A stretch of DNA of 64,000 bases from Haliotis rufescens (Eukaryota): NCBI RefSeq assembly GCF_023055435.1, contig NW_025963779.1, positions 53,444,001 to 53,508,000 of the forward strand. Reading direction: 5' to 3'. A program made the position numbers and the translations under genes. Positions 1 to 13,381 of this stretch are shown piece by piece (positions within the stretch are counted from its first letter, which is position 1; every line of letters starts with the position of its first letter). The notes beneath the pieces were generated by a model. The model made no database searches. It was given only the letters and a program-made list of their open reading frames with translations, and was not told the origin of the DNA.

Positions 1-399
1 CTGTTGCTGCTGTAGCTGAAGAGGGATGTGATGTACTCTGTGGCTTGTGAGGAATCACAGCTTTTGCTGCTGTTGCTGAAGAGGGATATGATGACTGGTG
101 ATGACACATGAATACTGACAAATGGGTAAAACGGATTAAGGTTATGTTAGTGTATCTATTGTTTGATATATGACTAAAACAATGACAGCAATCCAGCGAG
201 ATGAAAGATTCGCCTGTGTTGCTGCCCCCTTCACCACCAGCAGCAGTAAAAATGTCTGATAAAATGATGTTGGATTTTTGAAAAATCACTTTGTTGGTTG
301 TCTTGAACCCCAGATAACTCAAGCTTTTCCCCAGGTGCTACGAGTTCATAGGGCCATGGCACTGAAGCTCACCTGCATGTATATTAGAGAGGTGAGGTG

Positions 400-733
400 T
401 GGTGAAATAGGGCTTAACATCGAGTCCAAGATTATTGCACTTATATAACTATGTGCATGCACTTGTGTGTGGCTCAGCTTGTACTAGTCCAGACTAATGC
501 TGATTTTATAGTGCTAGCCCCAGGATACCATGAATCAGTTCAACATGAATACCCCACTCAGACACAGTATTACTGACTCAAAGCCAACCAGTCTTTGTTT
601 TCACCCTTTAATGCTGAGAACCAGGAAAGGTAACAATAAGTACCATCTTTTAACGTCTTTTGGTATGACGCAGCCAGGAACCCCCAACCTTTGGCTCTCC
701 GGGCGGCGCTCTACCACTAGATCACGAAGCCGG
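400..733 (-). mobile_element. SINE family D (tRNA-like head, conserved central domain), degenerate
   Basis: The reverse strand reads a tRNA-like head, then gtcataccaaagacgttaaaagatggtac...ctcagcattaaaggg, which from memory resembles the MetaSINE domain (unverified). A related partial copy lies at ~27100-27280 (shared tatagtgctagccc and tttggtatgac). Confidence 0.6.
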
Positions 734-1905
734 TTGTATATTAAGACAAATTAAATATTGTATATTATGTGCAGCTATATTCTCACCCATAAAGACTTCA
801 TGAGTGCAATACATAGGGGGAGCAGGATGCTATAAATGCGCTTCACATATTTTAGTCATGTGGGGAATCAAACCCAGGCCTTTGGCATGAATGACCAGAC
901 CACTCTAATATCATGTTTTACAGACTGCCTTGGTCACCATGCCAAAAAGCAGGAAACAAAACAAAGAGATATAAATTATTTAATGTCAGACATGATTTGA
1001 GTTAATTTCATTTTTTTAAATTTTCTGTTTTGAAAATTAGAATACTCAAATATAAAAGTTATTTTTCACAAACAATCATCCACTTAAACTGTACAGTTTA
1101 AAAAAAATATATCAAGATAAGGATGAAACTGACATTCTATCAACTCCAGTAGACTGGTAAAGTTCATGTGATAAAGCACATTTTTATAGCACATGATGAA
1201 ACCATAGCCAGCTAGGTGACCGAGAGATTACCACACAGATTACCACACATACCACCATACATGGGGTCCCCACAACACTAATCTGCCCCTGGTTCGTCCC
1301 CAGACACACGTCAGTGATTAATCGCTGTTGCCACGTGTCAGGGATAAGGATACTGATCGCTGTATTAACTTTGTTTAAAATACATTTAATTCACCATTAT
1401 TTAAAAGCTCTCCAGGACGTTTTTTAATACCGATGTCATAAATCAAGTACAAAAAATTTGCCCTTAGCCCCTCTGGGTTTAATTGAAATCCCCAATTATT
1501 CCTTTTTCTATGTTTTGTCAAACAGAATGTGATATTTTAAAATTCAAATATTTAAGTAAACTGTGACATCCTAAGTGAGTTTCGGATAAAATCAATACAA
1601 GATCAGTCACTTTAAGGTTCATCCTAATCCAGACTTAAGGGACTTGTGACACTAACAATAATTTGAAAAAAATTAAAGGATATTTGATTCTTTCAAGCAA
1701 CAAATTCAAACTACATCAATGTAAAACACAACTATGCTCTATGCAGAAAGTGATATACGTCTATGGCACATGTTTTTGTAGGAAATGCAAAAAAAAGTGA
1801 AAAACATGTGCAGCTTGGGCAACCAAAACTACATGTGCAATAAGGGTACATAAATGATACTTACGGCATGTCAGACACTCTCACTGATAAAAAAACACCA
1901 GAGAA

Positions 1906-3022
1906 ATGCCATTACTAACACCCGATCAATGTGAGTAGGCCCTGGGTATGATACAAATGGGACATTGCTAGAACCTTTGGTTGCACACATGTTGTTGTAA
2001 CTAACCTGATGCAACATTACAGACAGACCAAGCAGACATAAGAAATTCCAAGAACCAAGGGTAACTATGCCCAATGAAGACCAATACTTGCATACTTTGC
2101 ATCTCCGGGTTTACAGACCTTACCGAGGACATTTATTGACAGCGCAACATCGTTGTCAGAGATTGAGATGGGCCAGGACTATACATTGTTCGAGGTGATG
2201 AAAGGCGGTTCTGTCTGTTCAGAACTGATGGAAGACAGCATGTTTTACCACAGAAGGGGAGAATGACTTTGTCCGGCTGTATGTTGCGTTTATGAGGTCA
2301 TGCCACATGGTGGAGGGGGTGTTATGGTGTGGGGAGGATTTTGTGGTCAGGAGAGAACATCACTGGTCATCGCTAATGGAAATTTGACAGTGTTACATGG
2401 ATGACATTCTTTGTCCGACTAGTACTGTCCTACCATTTCTACAACAGCTACCACGTGGTGTCCTTTATCAGCATGACAATGCCAGACCCCATACAGTCCG
2501 AATCGTACAGAACTTCCTTACAGCCAACAACATCAACCGTGTTGCCGTGGGCTGCTCACTCCCGAGACATGTGCCCCATAGAACACCTCTGAGATGTCAT
2601 GGATCGTCATGTTTGACAGCAACAATAACCTCCAGCCAACCGACAAGAACTGATCCAAGCCCACTAAGAACAGCAACATATCCCACATGACGTCATCAGA
2701 AGACTGACTTTTTCTGTTCTTTGGCAAGTTTTTGCGTGTTTTGTAGCAGGGGTTGTTCATACACGCCTTTAATGTGAAGTGTCACTGAACTTGAGCGATT
2801 TTCGATGTGTGTACCCTTTGTTTTTGTTTGTTTGTGCTACACCACCTCAATTCAGGCAAACATTATGCCTACAATGGATGCTCTATTACTGTCATTTTAA
2901 ATGTTGATTTCATTAAGATTTTTATCTTTTCAAATGCATTTTACTTCAAGTATCTATCTTTTGTAGTTTTTAAACTAGAGTGATTTAAAACTATGGTAAA
3001 GTTTCTTTGGGCCGTCAGTTTA
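1906..3022 (+). pseudogene. Decayed Tc1/mariner (DD34E-type) transposase and 3' end of the element
   Basis: Frameshifted or stopped motifs in the correct order: MPLLTPDQCE*ALGMIQMG (HTH start), GGGGVMVWGGF (~2310), ANGNLT..YMDDIL, YQHDNARPHT, VLPWAAHSRDMCPIEHL (canonical WPxxSPDLNPIEHL). Ends at a TA run near 3022. Confidence 0.9.
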
Positions 3023-4249
3023 TATATATACATGTAAATTCATGGGAACTACAGAAATCCATCCAGTCAAAAGGAAGCAGATCTCATCAATAATCATAAA
3101 AAATCAAATTGATAAGTAAATAAACTTATACTCAGAAAAGCTATTGGACAAGTTTCATTTCCTTTTGGTTCCCATTTACAGGAATTAGAGAAATTTAAAT
3201 TGGGCCAATTCTGTGCAACTGGCATAATAAAAATTTGTCAATTAACTCATCATGCACTAAAACAATGAAATCATCAAGCTGCCAACCAAATTTGATCAAA
3301 TGTTATTGATATTGTCATGACATACAGCTTTTCATATGGTGTAAGTTTGCAAAGGAATGGAGGCTATCTTTCAGAAGTAAGAGACACCACTGCCTAATCT
3401 AATGATTGCCAATCTAAGATTAATACTGTTTTTAACAATAGCAGAGCAGCAGTTTTCCAAATGGCCACAAATGGCAATATTTGTTTTCAAGATTCAACAA
3501 TTACATAATACATCTGTTAAACATCACACAAAGTTTCAACCCTACAAGTATTTTCTTTTTAAGAAAAAGATTCTTTTAGAAAATCAAAGATGTCCATCTA
3601 GTAGGCATATCGTATTACTTTAATGCCATGAACATATTCATGGCCAGGGACATATAAACAAAGTTTGATAAAATTAGATCAATCAACTAGACGGTTAAAA
3701 AAAATGTAAATTGTAGAAAGTTTACGGTCACCAACACCAACTGAAAATATAAAACTTCCCTTATCATAAAGGTCAACCAACTTCTCTAACATTGACTTTT
3801 TTGTTTTGAAACGCTCTGCACTCATTAAAGATAAAAAAATGCTCTTGAAAATGTTTTTCAGAAGAAATGAAATACTAGCTTTCATGTGGGGTGTTTTTTG
3901 CTAAACCAGGAAATACCTGAGAACCAAGAATATTTGCCTAGCAAATCAAAACAAAACACAAGACTTTAGTCACAAAATGTTCCACATTTAAATAAATATG
4001 ACTCAACTCAAAAGTGCTCACAAATTCTTTCATGAGAATAAAAAATATTCTTAATTAAAGGAAGAACAAGGAGAAAAGATTTGATACAATTTCTTTGAAA
4101 ATGTGAGCAGTGTTGGCATTGCATTTTTTATCTTTTCCAAACATACTTTTCAAAGTAAAAGCACCTTTACAATTGATGGTTGTGATTCAACTGAAATATT
4201 AATGTCTGGTAGAACTGTATGTAACAAAGTACATGTCATCAAGCATAGA

Positions 4250-4460
4250 AAGAGTGAGAGAGTGAGTGAGTTGTGTTTAACACCGCTTTTAACAGTATTC
4301 CAGTTAAATCACAGTGTGTCAGCACAGGTATGGTGATGACAAACCTAGAAACATAATCGGGGCGAACCAGGATTCAAACCTACAACCAAAGGTTTCTGGC
4401 GTGATGCAACTCTGCACAGCGAATTGCGGCGCCTTAGACAACTGGGTTACCCGTGCCACC
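4250..4460 (-). mobile_element. SINE family C, internally deleted copy
   Basis: Shares gcacaggtatggtg..gacaaacctagaaacataatcgggg and gatgcaactctgcacagcgaattgcgg with 40523-40808; has a (GAGT)n tail. Confidence 0.8.
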
Positions 4461-4917
4461 AGCATAGAAAGAAGGGAATACGTACTCAGTGATTTATTCG
4501 CATTTATTCAATGTCTGCTTTCTCAATAAGCTACAAACATTCCCAATAAATCTACAATGGGGTATCCTGATGTGTTAGTGATTATGTACACAAACATGGC
4601 AGCAAATCAATTGTCACTGTAAGATACATGGGACGTTTCTCCAAGTTTCTCCAAGTTACTTCATTGGGCGAAATTAGGTCTTAAACATTGATTATTTTAA
4701 GAAAGACATCATATAGAAAAGAGCTTATTACCCTTGTGTGTTTCTGTATTGTAAATATCATTCATAAAGAAAAATATATCTGTATTAGGTTTGCATAATA
4801 CAATTGTTATCCCTTATAATTATGATATTTGTGACATGGAAACACACTTAGCTAATAATCTCTCTGTATTGTGAAACACCACAGCCCTCTTATGATCAGT
4901 GCAAAATACTACAATTA

Positions 4918-5148
4918 GAGCGAGTATGGTTTTACGCTGCCTTTAGCAATTTTCCAGCAATATTCCAGCAATATCACAGTGGACACGAGAAATGGGCTTC
5001 ACGCGTTACCCATGTGGGTATCAAACCCAGTGTAAAGTCTGAAAGTATACCCCCCCACTCCAAAGTATACCTGGGGAGATTCTTGGGCCTTCCAGCCTTT
5101 GGTGTGACAAGCAAACCTTTTAACCACTAGGCCACCCCACCGCCCCCT
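4918..5148 (-). mobile_element. SINE family B (tRNA-derived) with a ~60-bp insertion
   Basis: Reverse complement matches 11740-11902 (A box tggcctagtgg, B box ggtttgatacc, tail gcagcgtaaaacc); unrelated sequence interrupts it at ~5031-5095. Confidence 0.7.
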
Positions 5149-5920
5149 TAGCACTGGAGTGTCTAACATGGCTCTATGTTGTACACTGCAGTCATTATAC
5201 AGACATACACATGTACATACACCTCATGCAACACAGGCTCATCATGCTGAATAGCATCTCCACTATTTGAAACCAGAATTAATTGCATGTGCCCTTGTCA
5301 ACATGGAGGCTCCCACGTATGCTCCTTCCATGGCTTGTCAAGTCATCTTTCATTACATACAGTGAAACCTTCATACTCCGGACTCTGTTAATCCAGAAAC
5401 CCCTCTTCTGGACACTGGTGAATATTTCCTTGAAATAAAGCAACTAGAAAGTTGTAAATCATGGTCATTCAAAGACCATGACATGCTCTTGCTTATGACG
5501 GCAATGCCATTCATTCCTTTTATCAAATTAATACATACAAAAGTCAAATATGTCCCTGGGGACAAGTTACCTTCTCACAGATGGTACAGCTGGTATATCA
5601 GCACACATCACTAGACAAGGCAGACTCATAGTTTGAAACAAATATTTTTATGACATGATGTACATGTCTACTTCAGATCTACATGTCCTTTCTGCACAGA
5701 TTTGTGTATCATGGTGACAGGAATGGCAGATACAAAATCTCTCTCGGACAGGAGTTTATCCAAGCAACTGATTACAATGTTTGACAATGTTTACAGTTTA
5801 TACACCGGTGTATACATTCTGTTACAAGGGGGGATGTTCATTACGATGCTCACATACCTGAAATGTTAAAGGCTTATGAAGGAAGACTAAAGGATTTAAG
5901 AGTGGAAGAGGGAGAAGATA

Positions 5921-6063
5921 AAGGGCGGGTCTAGCATTTATTAAAGGGAGGGGTCCAAAATATCAACATCCTCTCTCAGTTAATTTTAGTGCCTACAAAA
6001 TACCACATTTGGTTTTCAAAAGGGGGGGTCTGGACCCCCTGCACCTCCCTCTGAATCCACCCT
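5921..6063. mobile_element. Short MITE with imperfect GC-rich terminal inverted repeats
   Basis: Left end agggcgggtct, right end atccaccct, with an internal ggggggtctggaccccc palindrome typical of non-autonomous DNA transposons. Confidence 0.5.
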
Positions 6064-6847
6064 TACCAATGTACCCTTCTGCCAAATATTTATAGGGGGA
6101 CAATTCACTCTTCTATTTATCCCACTGCCATAGATTTGAGGGAGACTATTTACCCTACTGCCAAAGATACAATATAAGTTGGACAAAACCACATAAAATC
6201 AAATGTCACATAAAACCCCATGTACCCCTCGTGATCCTGCTACAACAAGTTTATCTTACCAACATGTGTTACTGTGATATTGTAAAAGAATTAACTCAAA
6301 TTCAAAATTGATAGGAAATAGCTGTTCGATTGAGCTGAGGTTAACACTTGTGCTATGTCACGTGACTTTCACTGACTCAGGGAAAAGCGTGCAGCTGTGG
6401 TGTATAAGGGATTTATTCTGCCTCTCAGATATTCACATGCAGCCTGCATTGCTCGTGGCGGGGTATAAGAGATTTATTCCCCTGCTGAGAAATTTATTCC
6501 CAACCAAGGCAGGTTACACAGTATTTTATCAAGATCACATGGACCAATCAGATCTCATCATTCTGACATGGAGGTATGATAAGAAGCTTTATCTAACATC
6601 GGATATCATAGTACAAAGAACATTAGCTTTTAAGCTATGCTTCCATTAAAACAGTTTGAAAGATACAAAACAGAAGTATAAACAAGAAACAGAATGTACA
6701 CATAGAGCATGAATTAATGAAAAGATGAATATGGGTCATAGTTATAATTGTTAATAATTCTAAAAATACTACCTCTACACCAGAGCCATACATCCTGTAA
6801 TTTGGTTGTCATTATACTGTAACAAAAAAATCAAATTATTGAAGCAT

Positions 6848-6920
6848 CGGAAGTGACGTCATAGCCTCAAGTGACATCATCAGCGCAGGAAGTGACGTCA
6901 TTAGAGTTGGAAGTGAGTCA
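6848..6920. promoter_or_regulatory. Cluster of four overlapping ETS + CRE/AP-1 composite motifs
   Basis: CGGAAGTGACGTCA (6848), AAGTGACATCA (6869), AGGAAGTGACGTCA (6887), TGGAAGTGAGTCA (6908). Function not demonstrated. Confidence 0.5.
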
Positions 6921-7087
6921 TAAACGTCTAGATCAGACTAAGTGAAGCACCTGATGATCTCCCAAGAGGGAAATAAAAGCAGATATAATGGTAGTTCTGT
7001 AGAAGTTTATCACGCAGCCATAAACCCAACTCACTCACTCTTCCAAATTTAGTCCATTTGAGGTGACTCAATTCAAAGTATACCTAT

Positions 7088-7312
7088 CCCAGTGAGAATT
7101 AGTCTTCAGCAACCCAAGCTTGTTGTAAGAGGCGACAAACAGGATCAGGTGATCGTGCTCGCTGACTAGGTTGATGTATATCATCGTATCCCGTGGATCG
7201 ATGCTCATGATGTCAGTCACTGGATTGTCTGATCCAGACTTGATTATTTACGGGCTGCTGTTATATAGCTGGAATATTGTTGAGTGTGGCATTAAACAAC
7301 AAACACAAACAA
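7088..7312 (+). mobile_element. SINE-like family A copy
   Basis: gtcttcagcaaccca..cttgttgtaagaggcgac...tatagctggaatattgttgagtgtggcattaaacaacaaac; matches 59801-60052. Confidence 0.85.
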
Positions 7313-9142
7313 AATATATGTATACCTATTGTTGATCAAGATGCCAGTTTTGAGGGGATATGGATCAAATAGATACCCAGGAACGACTGTTAACTAACTA
7401 CCTAAGGGTTTACTAGTTATCAGAACCCACCAATACCTCTGGTATACTCTTGCAGTGATGTGATAGAGGTTTTGTCAAGCCTCCCACCTCCCCAATTATC
7501 TGCATCTAGTTAGCTGATACATGTATTGGAAAGAAGTGTGGTTTCCTGCTTTGCGCCTGTGCAAGAGATCTGAGCAGTAAGATACTATTCCTTGTACAAC
7601 TGATTATGGATTGTTGGCAGTGATGAGGACTTCTGTTGAAAATCTGAAGATTTTGTTATTGTGTGATGACAGCCAAAATACAGGATTTGTGACAGGTTTT
7701 GTATTCAGAACCAGTTGGGACAGTGCCTATCGAGAGATCTCTTCAGGCTGTGATTGGAGGATATTGTGTAAAATTGTTATGTCTTTTAAATGTACATCCA
7801 TCCAGTTATTAAAACTAACCATGTTTTTCTATATTTAGTACTGTCTTTTTCTACATGATGACTTGTGTTGAATGTGACCACAGCTATTTTCAAGTTGGTG
7901 ATGTTTGGTGCGGAACTGGGGGTGGTGTGTTTAGCTTCCTGTACTCTAAAAAGAAGCGGATTAAGCTTGTTATTTTTATTGTTTTTATTGCTGCTCTAAG
8001 GCCAAACTGTGCACATACATAGATGTAATAGCTGTTGAATGCTTAGTTAAATTGTTTTTAAATAAAACGTTACTATAGAAGTCAATGGGGAAAACATTTG
8101 GTTGTGTGTAACCTAGAATCCCCAGGTTTGCTACAAGCACCAGCTGAAGTGGGGATTGGGTGCTCCGCCTCTCTGACTTGAGTGATTGTGTGTGATTGTA
8201 CAGGACAGTGGTACAGAGCCAATCCACCTAGAACCAGATGCTCCCTCATCATGTCTGAACCTCCCATCCAGGGGACTGATGTTTATATTCCCCAAAGCAT
8301 GTAACGTTACCAAGACACCTCAGGGGATTTCTAAATCCAACACCCAAACAAGATTAAATAACTATTTTTATTTTGAGACAATATTTTCTTTGAAATAAAG
8401 ACAGCTACTAAATAGTTGCCTGCTGTAAACTATAGTCTTTGAAATAACATGATAAGATGGTACCTGATCTGTTCCGACCAGGACAACTCACATCAAGACA
8501 AGCATTCACAAGTAACCATCTGCCTGTGATATCTATACCCAATGAAATACATCAAAGTGTGTATATAGAAACATAACATGTTGGTGTACATGTGGAAGCA
8601 ATAACATTTCTACAGTCGTATATTTGTCATATACACAATTACTATTCGCCCTCATCCCAGGTTAGTCATACAAGTGTTCAATAACAACCCATATATATCC
8701 CACATATTGGTACGCAATGACACCAAGAGCTGCCCATCCCTCATCAAGGAGCGGTCCCTTTAAAACAAATATTTTATCGTTTTGAATCAAGATCTGATTT
8801 CAGTTTAATAGTTTGTACAAGGCATGTCTACACTGGTGCAGAATTGAGATCACATGGCACCAGTATACATTTAATACAACAAATATATGTATATATTAAA
8901 CTGCATGTTATACTTCCACTTGCCATGTATTTTCACTACATTCCTCCATATTCAGTTCTTCAGCTGCCCTTCTGTGTATAAACACACATGATGTGAAGCA
9001 ACTTGCCATAGGATGGCTGCAAGAAAGAAGGAACTTGTTCTAGCTTCTGTTTACCCCCACATATTTTCTATTTCCTTCTTAAAAATCTTCAGCATTCTTG
9101 AATTTCCTATAGTTTCCCTCTCACATACCATCTTACTTATTG

Positions 9143-10565
9143 ATCTCATGATTGAGTGCAATAATATCCATCTTGTGAATGAGTGCAATAATATCATTCT
9201 TGTGAATGAGTGCAATATTATCAATATCGTGAATGAGTGCAATATTATCATTCTTGTGAATGAGTGCAATAATATCATTCTTGTGAATGAGTGCAATATT
9301 ATCATTCTTGTGAATGAGTGCAATATTATCCATCTTGTGAATGAGTGCAATATTATCCATCTTGTGAATGAGTACAATAATATCATTCTTGTGAATGAGT
9401 GCAATATTATCCATATCGTGAATGAGTGCAATATTATCCATCTTGTGAATGAGTGCAATATTATCCATCTTGTGAATAAGTGCAATACTATCCATCTTGT
9501 GAATGAGTGCAATAATATCCATCTTGTGAATGATTACAATAATATCATTCTTGTGAATGAGTGCAATAATATCATTCTTGTGAATGAGTGCAATATTATC
9601 AATATCGTGAATGAGTGCAATATTATCAATATCGTGAATGAGTGCAATATTATCCATCTTGTGAATGAGTGCAATAATATTCTTGTGAATGAGTGCAATA
9701 TTATCAATATCGTGAATGAGTGCAATATTATCAATATCGTGAATGAGTGCAATATTATCCATCTTGTGAATGAGTGCAATAATATTCTTGTGAATGAGTG
9801 CAATAATATCATTCTTGTGAATGAGTGCAATATTATCCATCTTGTGAATGAGTGCAATAATATTCTTGTGAATGAGTGCAATATTATCAATATCGTGAAT
9901 GAGTGCAATATTATCAATATCGTGAATGAGTGCAATATTATCCATCTTGTGAATGAGTGCAATAATATTCTTGTGAATGAGTGCAATAATATCATTCTTG
10001 TGAATGAGTGCAATATTATCCATCTTGTGAATAAGTGCAATAATATCCATCTTGTGAATGAGTACAATAATATCCATCTTGTGAATGAGTGCAATATTAT
10101 CAATACCGGGGTATTGTGAATGAGTGCAATATTATCAATCTTGTGAATGAATGCAATGTCATAAATCTTCTGATTGAGTGCAGTATTATCAATATTGTGA
10201 ATGAGTGCAATATCATCCATCTTGTGAATAAGTGCAATAATATCCATCTTGTGAATGAGTACAATAATATCCATCTTGTAAATGAGTGCAGTATTATCAA
10301 TATTGTGAAGGAGTACAATAATATCCATCTTGTAAATGAGTGCAGTATTATCAATATTGTGAATGAGTGCAATATCATGCATCTTGTGAATAAGTGCAAT
10401 AATATCCATCTTGTGAATGAGTACAATAATATCCATCTTGTAAATGAGTGCAGTATTATCAATATTGTGAACGAGTACAATGTTATTAGTCCCATGAAAG
10501 AATGCACTGTCATTAATCTCATAAACTTGAATACAACATAATTAATCTCATGATTGAGTGCAATA
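9143..10565. repeat. 27-bp minisatellite (gtgaatgagtgcaatattatccatctt) with 24-bp variants, ~50 copies
   Basis: Direct tandem periodicity; source of the VNECNIIHL pseudo-ORFs. Confidence 0.97.
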
Positions 10566-11041
10566 TTAATCTCATGTGATAAATACACCTGTGTCATTAA
10601 TGATCAGGTCTTATAAAGTTATATGTCTGGTTACAGGTAGTAAAAAACAGTGTGGAAAAATATGTGGATCATATTTGAAACAATAGTTTCTTTTAAATTT
10701 TAGTAACTGTTTTACAATATTGTCGTCATTTTGAAATGACAGCTGCAATTAAATAAAGGAAAGAAACAATTAATTTCTTTAGACCTTAGACTGCAAGGAA
10801 GCATTTTTAATTTTAGACCATGCCTGACTCACATGTCCACCTCAGGCTACAAAAAATATTTTCAGATTTTAATGAACTATTTCTAAAAATGTGAGGCTGC
10901 ATCGTACATATCATATTTTTTTAGATATTTCTTTCTTTAAAACAAAACCTGTTCATGGCATCTGTGTACAATAATGGAATTTCGGTAGAACTTTGTATGT
11001 GCTGCATATGGTAAAGTACAGGAAACAGGGCACACACGTAC

Positions 11042-11202
11042 ATATCAGTGTTCCTCATCTGGCGGGACTTGTGGACAAGGACAGGATTTGAGGCAGGTCT
11101 TGGTGGAGATGAAAGTGCAATAATTAAGTTATTATGACCTTCCGGGGAACTTGAGTTGATGAACCACAACAGCCTTACTTGACTGCTCAACTCTTTAACA
11201 AT
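11042..11202 (-). other. Candidate exon
   Basis: Acceptor ttttcttatatcttgtag, open frame IVKELSSQVRLLWFINSSSPEGHNNLIIALSSPPRPASNPVLVHKSRQMRNTD, possible donors at 11178 (caa|gtaagg) or 11041 (tat|gtacgt). No recognised homology. Confidence 0.3.
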
Positions 11203-11739
11203 CTACAAGATATAAGAAAAACTATAAAAGGAGTTGAATACCTTCCATGTTAAATAGTTTTGGGTAGTTCTGGGTGAAAAATTCTCATATTCACTGTGGT
11301 CTTTGCTTTTACTTTCTAAGTAAAGGAAACATTTTGGATTAAATACATTTTGACCAATAATTTGTTTTTCTTTGCATTTTGGCACAGGAAAACGAAAAAA
11401 TACTTCTGCACATCTTTGTGGAAAATAAGTAAAACAAAAGTCACAGATGAACAATATATTTTGTCCTCATAAGTTATTGAAATGTTTGTAGTGAAGTAAT
11501 CACCAGGAAAATACTTTCTCTTGAACAAACATTAGTGCCATGCAGCTCACCTGGATATCAAGTCAAGACTATCACATGTAAACAAAGACCACTTAACAAA
11601 AGTTGCTATCAGCGTTTATGTTCAAATATTTCCTGCATAAATAATGACTAAAAACTAACATTACATTCTATATATTTCTACAAAATATGATGTCATCCAA
11701 CAAAAGAAACATACATGCAAACACATAGCTAAAGTTCAG

Positions 11740-11902
11740 TGGGGGTAGCCTGGTGGTTAAAGCGTTCGCTCATCACGCCAAAGACCTGGGTTCAATTCCC
11801 CACATGGATAAAAAAGTGTGAAGCCTATTTCTGGTTTCCCCGCTGTGCTGTTGCTGGAATATTATTAAAAGTAGCGTAAAACCACACTCACTCACTCACT
11901 CC
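11740..11902 (+). mobile_element. SINE family B, near full length, tRNA-derived
   Basis: A box TAGCCTGGTGG, B box GGTTCAATTCC, tail gctggaatatt..agtagcgtaaaacc followed by (ACTC)n. Confidence 0.85.
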
Positions 11903-11959
11903 TCAGTTTGACAATTTCATTGGAAAAGACATGAGGAAATCAGTCAAAATTTTAAATAT

Positions 11960-12268
11960 CACAAAATATATAACGTGTGTTGAGACCCTGAATAAATACA
12001 CATATACCAAATTTTCACTATGTTTTGAACAAAAATGGCTGAATTAGGACCATAAACAAGTTTTATTATGATTGTCATGGCAGCCATATTGAAATTCAGA
12101 ATTGAACCTGTTGAAGAAATTCAGATGTCATCATTGATAGGAACAAGTTCCAGCTTGGCCTGGTGGTGTTAGAGGAGAAGATGCTTAGAGACGCCAAAGA
12201 TAATAGAAGACACTGGAGAAGTAGGCCACGACATAAGCTCACTTGACCTTCAGAAAGGTGAACAATAA
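11960..12268. mobile_element. Helentron-associated (HINE/DINE-like) non-autonomous element fragment
   Basis: Terminal hairpin agctcacttgaccttcagaaaggtgaac; a similar agctcacct...aggtgagct stub lies at 45520-45629. Confidence 0.5.
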
Positions 12269-13381
12269 ATACACAGTTTCCCCACAGAGGATAATAGGTC
12301 TGCCTAATCATGATGTGAGATTGATATTGATTTCACGCTTGTTTAACACACTGAATCAGTTAGAGAACCATAGTTACATGTCAAAATGGTATCAATGAAA
12401 ATTATAGAACACCTCTCTTATTCTTCCCTACATTCTTCATGTACACCACAATCTACTCTTACAAAATGGCGACACTTACACGAAAAACATCTTTAACACA
12501 TACTCAAGTGTAAGCTGTAAGAAAATATGAAGTTCAAAAACAAGGTCACTTTAGTAATGGAAAAAAATAAACCTTTGCAGAGTGGAGTTCTAAAGTTTAT
12601 AAAGCTGATATAAATTTCAAAAGTATTAGAAAACAATCCCCGAACCTAATCTTTTGGGAAACTCATCTTTAGGTTCACTACCCTAATGAATAATCAAATT
12701 CCGAAATCTCATGTTAAGTCTGATAAACACCCGAACCCTGTATTTATGTAGCAATTTGTAACAAGATCATGTTTTTTAAATCTTAAAAAAACAAACTCAA
12801 GATGCTGTATTTCATCGCATGTTGACATAATGATGGGCTAAGCCTACAGTTTCTTCTGTACGGAACCCTGAAGTAATGTAGGGTCGAATCAGTTGACAGG
12901 TGAGATGAGGTGACAGGTGGGGGGGACGAACCCAGACAGGTGTAGTTACCTGCTATCCCTGCATCTATAACGACATAAATGTCACTCTTTTGTTCCATGT
13001 CACTGTCAACATCTGTCAGTCATTTACAATAACAAGTAAAGAAATGCCTTTTGCATTTATTAATTAATTTATTAATTTAATTTCTGAATGGAACACCTTA
13101 GGCTTCAGGTTTATGTTTTGTAGTTATTGACAATTGCAAGGTTTAAACAGATATGGAACACCAACACTGAACATTACAATTTTCATGGACCAATGGCTAT
13201 ATCTATTTGTTTCTTTGTTGTACCATTCCGCACTCAGCTACATTCCAGCTATATGTTGCGTAAATCACAGAGTCTGGCCAGACAGCCCAGTGATTGATAT
13301 CATGATCAATGATCCACCCTGCCAGGGTACAATGACATGCAATCAACCAAATGATCAAATCTTTCCACTTTCAACCAGCAG

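Noticed and set aside
1-114. Possible exon at the window edge
   Set aside because: Shows a 60-bp-period repeat (gctgctgt.gctgaagagggat) and is truncated; cannot be told apart from the end of a tandem array.
9013-10597. Long ORFs (368, 314, 300 aa)
   Set aside because: Translations of a 27-bp minisatellite, open on both strands, with no unique domain.
11740-11815. tRNA gene
   Set aside because: A/B boxes are present but there is no complete cloverleaf; it continues into a SINE body and tail.
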